A stretch of DNA of 64,000 bases. Origin: Oopsacas minuta. Taxonomy: Eukaryota > Animalia > Porifera. The notes beneath the pieces were generated by a model, which saw only the letters and a list, made by a program, of their open reading frames with translations, searched no databases and was not told where the DNA came from. Made by a program: the position numbers and the translations under genes. The stretch is taken from NCBI GenBank assembly GCA_024704765.1, contig JAKMXF010000210.1, positions 656,121 through 720,120 on the forward strand. Direction: 5' to 3'. Shown piece by piece: positions 57,397-64,000 of the stretch; the stretch's first letter is position 1, and every line of letters starts with the position of its first letter.

Positions 57397-58893
57397 ATGT
57401 CACGTACTTTCCAATATAATCTCGACCAAATTCTTCCCGTCGTGCAGATGAAATTTATACCGAACCCTTTCGAAAAATTATGTGTCAAATTAGAAACGGC
57501 CTTCCTTACTGATTATTCTATAGACAATGAAAAGATGGATTATAACTTTGATTTTGAGCAAGACGTCGTGATGAAATCAACTGAACAGCTTCAGAGCGTT
57601 TTTGCGAGCGAACCTTGTTCGAATGGGACGAAAATTATTCCTTCCGAATTGGTTTTCCCTATTGAGAAACTTATAACTACTAATTCCTCTCCTTCCTTGC
57701 AGGATCAACATGACAATGGAAACGGGTCTCAGCTAAATATTGAAGGCTTTGATACTCAAAGCACTGACCCTTTTCAAGAAGCTGAATTGAAGGCCATCAA
57801 TGACATCGAAGAGCTTCAAACACTCATATTTCCTCTTGCTCCGCTAAACACGCCCTTTGATGATGAGAGTAAACCTGCAGAGCTGTCTACAGCTACTCCT
57901 ACTCTCTATCATCAACCTGAGAATCTTATTATTCCAAATGAGACTAATGCAATCAATGATCAATTAGGATATCCCATACAACCTACTATTCTAAGTGTTA
58001 TTGACGATGTACCATCAGTACCAAATAAGAGCGATCAAATTGTAGGAGAGCCCGATAAGCAATTGTATGTAAATATAGATCAGCTTCCCTCCTCTTTAGA
58101 TAGTCCCGAATTTGATAACGAATCTCTATCTCCTAAACCGCCAATACCTGCCCCTAGAAAATTTAAAGGCACCACTTCGCATCCTTCAAACTCACCGACT
58201 CCTCAACCAAGATTGACTACACCTAAATCTACTCCTCGTGCTAAGCCTCTTCATACAGATCAAGTTCTCCCTGCTCCACCTAAGTATCAAGTAGACTCTA
58301 CGATACCCGATAATATTGAGCAAACTACTGCTTGCATGCCGGCTGACGAATGTTCCCCTCCCTACTCACAGATATTAAATAAGAATGACATGTATCCGTT
58401 ATTCAATCCTTCATTGAAACCAAACTCACAATCAGCTAACTGCTTTGCCCTGTATGACTTGACTGAATCGATTTTAGGAGATATCAGTCGTCAGGTTAAC
58501 GTAAACTCTCAGGTAGAATCTCTTCCCCAATATCAACAGCAGCAAGATCCTCTCTCAGAGGAAGAGAATATATTCAGGAGGGTAGTTGATATGGGATTTC
58601 CTATGGAATCTGTGAAAAATATTAGTATTAGTTTCGATACGAAAAATGAATCACAACTAATAGAGTATATGCTCACTATTCAGAATATGGCAGAAAGTAA
58701 TGGGTGGAGTTCTGAGGCGGTGGAAACTGCTTTTATATTACTGAAAGGAGAGACTGATAAAATGAAAGATTACATGGAGACATTCTCGAAATACAAAGAG
58801 ATGGGATTTCAAGAAACAAAGATACATTCAGCTCTGGCTAAGTGCGGCAAAGAATATGAAAAGATGCTAGAAATTCTGATTGAAAGTACATAA
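57397..58893 (+). CDS. UBA-domain protein (tandem C-terminal UBA/SOUBA-like, UBAP1-like), with an acidic/Pro-rich middle region
   Basis: The C-terminus has EENIFRRVVDMGFPMESVKNISI..LIEYMLTI and KYKEMGFQETKIHSALAKCGKEYEKMLEILIE. Both fit the UBA three-helix MGF-loop pattern. Confidence 0.45.
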   Translation: MSRTFQYNLDQILPVVQMKFIPNPFEKLCVKLETAFLTDYSIDNEKMDYNFDFEQDVVMKSTEQLQSVFASEPCSNGTKIIPSELVFPIEKLITTNSSPSLQDQHDNGNGSQLNIEGFDTQSTDPFQEAELKAINDIEELQTLIFPLAPLNTPFDDESKPAELSTATPTLYHQPENLIIPNETNAINDQLGYPIQPTILSVIDDVPSVPNKSDQIVGEPDKQLYVNIDQLPSSLDSPEFDNESLSPKPPIPAPRKFKGTTSHPSNSPTPQPRLTTPKSTPRAKPLHTDQVLPAPPKYQVDSTIPDNIEQTTACMPADECSPPYSQILNKNDMYPLFNPSLKPNSQSANCFALYDLTESILGDISRQVNVNSQVESLPQYQQQQDPLSEEENIFRRVVDMGFPMESVKNISISFDTKNESQLIEYMLTIQNMAESNGWSSEAVETAFILLKGETDKMKDYMETFSKYKEMGFQETKIHSALAKCGKEYEKMLEILIEST

Positions 58894-59052
58894 TTTGCTG
58901 TAACTAAGATACTTCTTGACTATCCATTTCTTGTTGGTGTACATTATTTGAGTATACCCTGTCCTTAAATAATTTTTATCAAAATTTATTGCAAATTTGG
59001 TAAACTTTTCAATTATTAATTTATTTGTTTAAGCATTGATTATGCATTCTTT

Positions 59053-59427
59053 ATGACAAACCAATCTGAGTCAATGACTGGAGTCGATGATTCGACAACA
59101 AATACTACAGAACCTTTTGAGGCAGTTATCCCTTTCGAACCTCTAAACAATACAGATCTATCTAAAGTAAGAAATTACAAACCACTTCCATCAGAACTAT
59201 CTCCAGAGATGATAGCATATGATGAACACCAACTTCTCAGGGAAGCATACACAAAGTTGAAGGGAGGCAAGCTTCCTGAACGGCACAGATCTTTGTCTAT
59301 CATTCCAAAGTTCTACAGCAAACCGCCAAGCGAGGGGTCCTGTCTCGCCCAGAAATTAAGAGAAGAGGCTCGTAGTAGGTTCCTCAAAGAAAAGAGTACC
59401 CAGCTTCTTGACAACCAAGAGGTTTAA
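59053..59427 (+). CDS. Hypothetical small protein, 124 aa
   Basis: Clean ATG ORF between two genes, no motif recognised. Confidence 0.25.
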   Translation: MTNQSESMTGVDDSTTNTTEPFEAVIPFEPLNNTDLSKVRNYKPLPSELSPEMIAYDEHQLLREAYTKLKGGKLPERHRSLSIIPKFYSKPPSEGSCLAQKLREEARSRFLKEKSTQLLDNQEV

Positions 59428-59586
59428 ATCTAATTTAAGAATCATTATTATCTTAATTGAAATTCGGATTTATAATGTTCGATATATTTAGTCAAGTTTT
59501 ATTGAATTCTATTTACTTCCTTAAACACAATAAATACATAGTTATGCGGCACTTTCAAAATTGCATCGCGTAATTCCTTTCGCTGA

Positions 59587-59613
59587 CAACAAACAAACAA
59601 ACAAACAAACAAC
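59587..59613. repeat. (CAAA)n microsatellite
   Basis: acaaacaaacaaacaaacaaacaa is read directly. It lies upstream of, or in the 5' intron of, the PP2A B'' gene. Confidence 0.9.
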
Positions 59614-59700
59614 AATCGAGATTTAATGATATAGATTTATATATGAATAGGTACAGCAGATACTTCAACTCTTGGAGAAGAGAAGTAAATCTTGTTCGCA

Positions 59701-60736
59701 GGATAGCTATTCTAAGATTGACTTGAGTGAACAATTGATAAATTATCAAGAGTTCGTTTCTGTAGGTAAGCAGTCCTCTGCCAAATGTCAACAATTCTTT
59801 CAACCTTCAGTATTTGCTAAGCTTTTTAACGGAGATCCGTATGGCCGACTATCTGTGGCATCCTTCTTCACTTACGTGATGCGCAAAGTTTGGCTTCATC
59901 AAACTAGAATTGGACTGAGTATATACGATGTTCAGGGTCAAGGATATCTGAGGGAAACTGATTTGGAGAATTATATAATTGAACTGATTCCTACGCTGCC
60001 TCAACTAGAGTGTTTAGAAATTAGTTTCTACTCATTTTATGTATGTACAGCTGTCAGAAAATTTTTCTTTCTTCTTGACCCTATGCGTACTGGACGGATT
60101 AAAATTCAGGATATTCTTGCTTCTTCCTTTTTGGATGAGTTGCTTGAGTTAAGGGATGAAGACTTACCTAAAGAAGTTCAGTTCTCAAATTGGTTCTCTG
60201 CTACTTCTGCCTTGAGAGTTTACGGGCAGTATCTTGCTCTGGACAGAGATCACAACGGCATGTTGAGTATTGAGGAATTATCGCATTATGCAAAGGGGAC
60301 ATTAACCCATGTTTTTCTAAAGCAGCTGTTTCAAGAATGTTTGACTTATGAAGGAGAAATGGATTATAAAGCTTATCTTGATTTTGTTCTTGCAATGGAG
60401 AACAGAAAGGAGACGCAAGCACTTCAATACTTTTTCCGGATATTAGATTTGAACAAAGACGGATACTTACACTTAATGAATCTCAATTACTTCTTTAAGG
60501 GAATACAGTTAATGTTGAATGAATGTGGACATGACCATGTAAAGTTCGAGGATGTTCAGAATGAAATTTTTGATATGGTTAAACCCTCGCATCCTTGGCG
60601 AATAACTCTACAGGATTTGATAAGAAGTGGGCAAGGCGAAACTGTTATTAACATCCTTATAGATCTTGATGGATTCTGGATGTATGAAAATAGAGAGAAT
60701 ATTCTCGCTGACAACCAGGATACAGGCTATAACTAG
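59701..60736 (+). CDS. PPP2R3: Serine/threonine-protein phosphatase 2A regulatory subunit B'' (PR72/PR70 family), 3' exon; the 5' exon or exons are not identified
   Basis: Conserved B'' blocks RLSVASFFTYVMRKVWL, DLENYIIELIPTLPQL and FYVCTAVRKFFFLLDP. EF-hand loops DRDHNGMLSIEELSHY and DLNKDGYLHLMNLNYF. The track start is TTG; a pyrimidine-rich tcttgttcgcag acceptor precedes 59701. Confidence 0.75.
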
Positions 60737-60996
60737 ACTTGTAACCTCATTTCACTGAATTTCATTCATTTATAGAATTAATCATTTATTAACACAAAAT
60801 GCTTACCCTTCTCATTTACGTATTGACAATTTATAGCCGTTTAGGAACCATGTCATTCCAAGAGTAAATCACGGGCTACTAGACATGATATATTATTTGT
60901 AGTCCTCATTCTGAGTTATTGGTCTCGTGGCATTCTTAATGTTTTTTGTAGTACGTATAAGTTCGTATAATGTTATTGTATTTATAATTAGATTAT

Positions 60997-62220
60997 ATGG
61001 CTACTAAACAGTCTCATAATTTGCAACCTAAATATAAAGATGCTCACATGAAGTTTGATAATAAAAAGATGATTCTTTCCTATAAAATTGGCGCAGGTGG
61101 ATCTGTTGCTGGGTTTATGTGGTCTTATCCTCTCTTCCATAAGTGGTCATATTTCGAGATTGAAGTTCTGAACACTGGTCGTGCAGGAACCATAACTATT
61201 GGCCTCTGTGATTTAAATTATAATCTAACAAGACAACCAGGATGGGACGGAAAATCTATTGGTTACCATGGAGATGATGGGAAATTGTTTTGTGAACAAG
61301 GTTTTGGGAAGGCTTGGAAAGGAACACCATTCCAAGAGGGAGATATTATTGGTTGTGGTATAGACTTCGATGCTGGCATATCCAGTTGTTGCTCTGTTTA
61401 TTTTACAAAGAATGGGGAACTTATTGATACTATTTCTGATATACGTATTCCAAATGGTGGATTATACCCCATGATAGGGATGCACAGCCAAGGTGAGAAG
61501 GCACGACTCAATCTTCTGCCAAATGATAGAGGGTTAACCAATGAAACGGAAGGTGATGTAGATATGGGAGAATTAGTATTGGTGCCTTCTTTGTATTATT
61601 GTTGGAGAAAAGTAAACACTAACGTATTTATTGAAGAGAATGGGACCGTGCTGACACATATGGGAGGTAACAGTGATCAGGAAGATATCAGTCTAGCCCA
61701 ATGGCATATTCCAATTTCTAGAGTATTCAATTGTTTTCAGATTGAGATTTTACAAATGAATGGTTCTGTTGCTATTGGGTTGGCCATTGGGAAGTATGAT
61801 TTCTTGAGTTTCCCTGGTTGGGTGTCTAGTTCAATAGCTTACCATGCAGATGATGGCAAAATGTTTCATGAGTCTGGTTATGGTGCTGCTTATGGTGAGT
61901 GTTGTAAACCAGGTGACGTCATGTCAATCTGGGCCTGCTTTAAAACAGATGAGTCAGATGCACAACACACATTTGATGGCGGATTGTCCAAGATTACCGC
62001 TGAAGATAAATCTGCATCTGAGGATTCAGATTCTGGAGAAGAAAGCGGTGATGAAGACATTTGGGGTGGTGGCTCAAGTGTTGAGATATTCTTTAGTAAG
62101 AATGGACATAAATATAAACAAATCTCCACAAAGATTCCAAAAGGGGGATTCTATCCAACATTTGGCCTTTTGCAAAATGGAGATAAGATCAAAGTCAGTA
62201 TGCAGCCTTTTAGTGGATAG
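60997..62220 (+). CDS. Double SPRY (B30.2-like) domain protein, SPRYD3/RanBP9-like
   Basis: Two repeats of the SPRY core. The first is WSYFEIEVLN..IGLC..WDGKSIGYHGDDGKLFCEQGFGKAWKGTPFQEGDIIGCGIDFDAG..YFTKNGELI. The second is IAYHADDGKMFHESGYGAAYGECCKPGDVMS...FFSKNGHKY. Confidence 0.65.
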   Translation: MATKQSHNLQPKYKDAHMKFDNKKMILSYKIGAGGSVAGFMWSYPLFHKWSYFEIEVLNTGRAGTITIGLCDLNYNLTRQPGWDGKSIGYHGDDGKLFCEQGFGKAWKGTPFQEGDIIGCGIDFDAGISSCCSVYFTKNGELIDTISDIRIPNGGLYPMIGMHSQGEKARLNLLPNDRGLTNETEGDVDMGELVLVPSLYYCWRKVNTNVFIEENGTVLTHMGGNSDQEDISLAQWHIPISRVFNCFQIEILQMNGSVAIGLAIGKYDFLSFPGWVSSSIAYHADDGKMFHESGYGAAYGECCKPGDVMSIWACFKTDESDAQHTFDGGLSKITAEDKSASEDSDSGEESGDEDIWGGGSSVEIFFSKNGHKYKQISTKIPKGGFYPTFGLLQNGDKIKVSMQPFSG

Positions 62221-62624
62221 TTTTGGTTTGTTTACATATAACATTATATTGTAACTAGATCTGATTATTTGAAGGATACTTTAATTCTAATACATATATA
62301 TTCATATTACAAACACTTGGACTCCGTTCCATTCTTACTTTGTTTCTGTTTTTTGATAATCTTGTATTTTCTTGTCGATAGTTGTCACATACATTTTTTG
62401 CTACCTAATCTCATGTACGCTTTTTCTCTCACTTATTAGACTATTTATTAATTGGCTAGAGATTTTTGGTGAGAAGAATGAATGAGTCACCTTTGATTGT
62501 GTAGGATGAAGGAAGGATATGAATGAATGAATTGTGATATATTCAACTAGTAATGGAGATTGTTCGCTTCTTGCTATAAATTCACAGAATTCTTAGATAA
62601 TTTTCATTCAAATCTTCCTAAACA

Positions 62625-63182
62625 ATGGTAACCCATTCACTTCTGTTTACTCAAAAATCTTACTCTCCATTTTGTGACTATTTTGGCCTCGCAACAGTTA
62701 TCCAGAGAATGAAATTTCCACCTTCTCCATCCTTTACAGATACAAGTTCTGGATCAGATTCCCCGAACAATATACTGGATTCTAAACTTAATCCATTCGC
62801 TGCTCCTTTTTCCCCTTTGAATGTGTCTACTACTGTCATTGATACCTCCTCTCAACCCTCAGATGGTATAGTAGGGAGTACTCCAGCAGCTAACAAATCT
62901 CCTTGTCTATTGAATTCAGAGCTTCGCTTTAAGTTGCGTGTACAGAGGTGTAGAGCTGCTCAAAATAAAGATCGTTATAGAAAAGTGAAGTTTTGTGTCT
63001 TCTGTCGCAAGAGTGGGCAATCTGAATATATTCAAAGTTCTCATATTCTTAAGAGAGATGATGGCACAGTCTGTTGTCCTTACCTACGTGCTTATATTTG
63101 TCCTACTTGTGGAGCTACTGGTGATGACGCTCACACAATCAAATATTGCCCCGCAACTCAACCGAAGATAATTTTTACTTAA
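62625..63182 (+). CDS. nanos: Nanos (germline translational repressor) with C-terminal 2x CCHC Nanos-type zinc finger
   Basis: CVFCRKSGQSEYIQSSHILKRDDGTVCCPYLRAYICPTCGATGDDAHTIKYCP matches the Nanos zinc-finger consensus C-x2-C..H..C / C-x2-C..H-x4-C essentially position for position. Confidence 0.85.
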   Translation: MVTHSLLFTQKSYSPFCDYFGLATVIQRMKFPPSPSFTDTSSGSDSPNNILDSKLNPFAAPFSPLNVSTTVIDTSSQPSDGIVGSTPAANKSPCLLNSELRFKLRVQRCRAAQNKDRYRKVKFCVFCRKSGQSEYIQSSHILKRDDGTVCCPYLRAYICPTCGATGDDAHTIKYCPATQPKIIFT

Positions 63183-63420
63183 CTATAGGTACATCGAATA
63201 CCCTAATATATATATTTTGTATTTCATTTTGTAGATTTGCACAAATATGCATCCGCGCTCTAATAATACTATATATGTATATTTATATTTATACGCACAA
63301 TATATATTATATGTATATTTTGATATTTCATATGTATATATTCCTACTTTATGTATCATTTCCATATATCCTCACATATACTTGTACATTCATACACTCT
63401 AATTAATAAACTTGAATATT
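63183..63420 (+). promoter_or_regulatory. AT-rich UGUA-motif-dense probable 3' UTR of nanos
   Basis: Repeated TATGTATAT, TGTATATA and TGTATATT words sit immediately after the nanos stop. UGUAUAUA fits the Pumilio element UGUANAUA. A functional role is inference. Confidence 0.3.
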
Positions 63421-63502
63421 TGAATCGTTATTTTTACTTGTTTGGTAATCACCACATAACAAAACATATTATTATCATGTCATTGCTTTTGTTAAGTAGA
63501 TA

Positions 63503-64000
63503 ATGGATACTGAATCAAAATCACTCTTTAATCAGGAATTTTCAATGGCTGTGGCTAGAAACTCAGTTATTTCAGTTGAACCAAATGAGGTTCTGTTTCG
63601 TAACTATAAGCTAGGCCAGCCGATCACTCATCTTTTACATATTATTAACACATCTGGCAGAGAACAGAGATTTCACATCCTACCCTTGGAGACAGGGCCA
63701 TTCTCCCTTAAGTATGAAAAGAAACAGAACCTCCTTCCGGGAATGAACCAAACAATTCAGGTCAAATTTACCCCAAAAGATTATTTACAATGCTTACAGA
63801 CCTTACATATTAATTGTCCTAATGAAGAGAACTTATCTATCCCTATAACAGCCTTCCCGAGTCCTGAATTATCTGGCTTTCCCAATACTCTACATTTTGC
63901 AAACACTCCCATTCACACAAGTACTTCATTACAGTTTACATTAACTTCAGATATATTTATTCCTTTTAAGTTCGAAATGATTTTCAATCCACCATCAGAA
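63503..64000 (+). CDS. 5' part of an ASH/MSP (PapD-like) domain protein, cilia/flagella-associated-like (CFAP65/CFAP221/hydin class); it runs off the window
   Basis: Open frame from the ATG to the window end with no stop. Beta-sandwich-like pattern EPNEVLFRNYKLGQPITHLLHIINTSGREQRFHILP..GPFSL..LLPGMNQTIQVKFTP, which is typical of ASH domains. Confidence 0.4.
   Translation, partial: MDTESKSLFNQEFSMAVARNSVISVEPNEVLFRNYKLGQPITHLLHIINTSGREQRFHILPLETGPFSLKYEKKQNLLPGMNQTIQVKFTPKDYLQCLQTLHINCPNEENLSIPITAFPSPELSGFPNTLHFANTPIHTSTSLQFTLTSDIFIPFKFEMIFNPPSE

Noticed and set aside
1-64000. Search for CRISPR arrays, prokaryotic defence systems, rRNA, tRNA or transposon ORFs (RT, integrase, transposase)
   Set aside because: The sequence is clearly eukaryotic (spliced genes, Nanos, PLCG, formin). 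I saw no direct-repeat/spacer arrays, no RT/integrase/transposase-like translations and no convincing tRNA cloverleaf by eye. A covariance-model scan would be needed to fully exclude small ncRNAs.

Overview
Compact, AT-rich metazoan nuclear DNA, not prokaryotic, so there are no CRISPR arrays, phage or defence islands to call. Introns are mostly about 50 to 60 nt with GT..AG boundaries, and several very large genes are single exons. I can support about 30 protein-coding genes from conserved motifs in the translations. The supplied ORF track accepts TTG and GTG as starts, so I moved several starts to the first ATG.

In window order the calls are TRMT5 (-), GFOD1/2-like oxidoreductase (-), an AF4/FMR2 (lilliputian) family gene with 8 exons, a TM2-domain protein, an EF-hand protein, a kinesin motor apparently spliced to a DEP domain plus ankyrin repeats (two introns carry antisense nested genes, HIGD and a copine-like vWA protein), two tandem CD225/dispanin genes, an RBM5/10-like splicing factor, PLC-gamma (one 3.8 kb exon), a FERM-like protein, a START-domain protein, NBS1/nibrin, TYW2/TRMT12, a PH-domain protein, an orphan secreted protein, an M48-like metalloprotease, a 1095-aa uncharacterised protein, a 2-O-sulfotransferase, an NHL-repeat protein, DNA polymerase epsilon catalytic subunit (one 6.6 kb exon, -), a DAAM-like formin (-), an SLC22 transporter, a UBA-domain protein, a PP2A B'' subunit, a double-SPRY protein, Nanos, and the 5' part of an ASH/MSP-domain protein. 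No rRNA, tRNA or transposon could be recognised by eye.

The most notable structural signals are: a run of 12 co-oriented genes (18.1 to 43.0 kb) with 70 to 410 bp spacers and AG dinucleotides just upstream of many ATGs, which looks operon-like and suggests SL trans-splicing; nested antisense genes inside introns; and the kinesin-DEP-ANK architecture.
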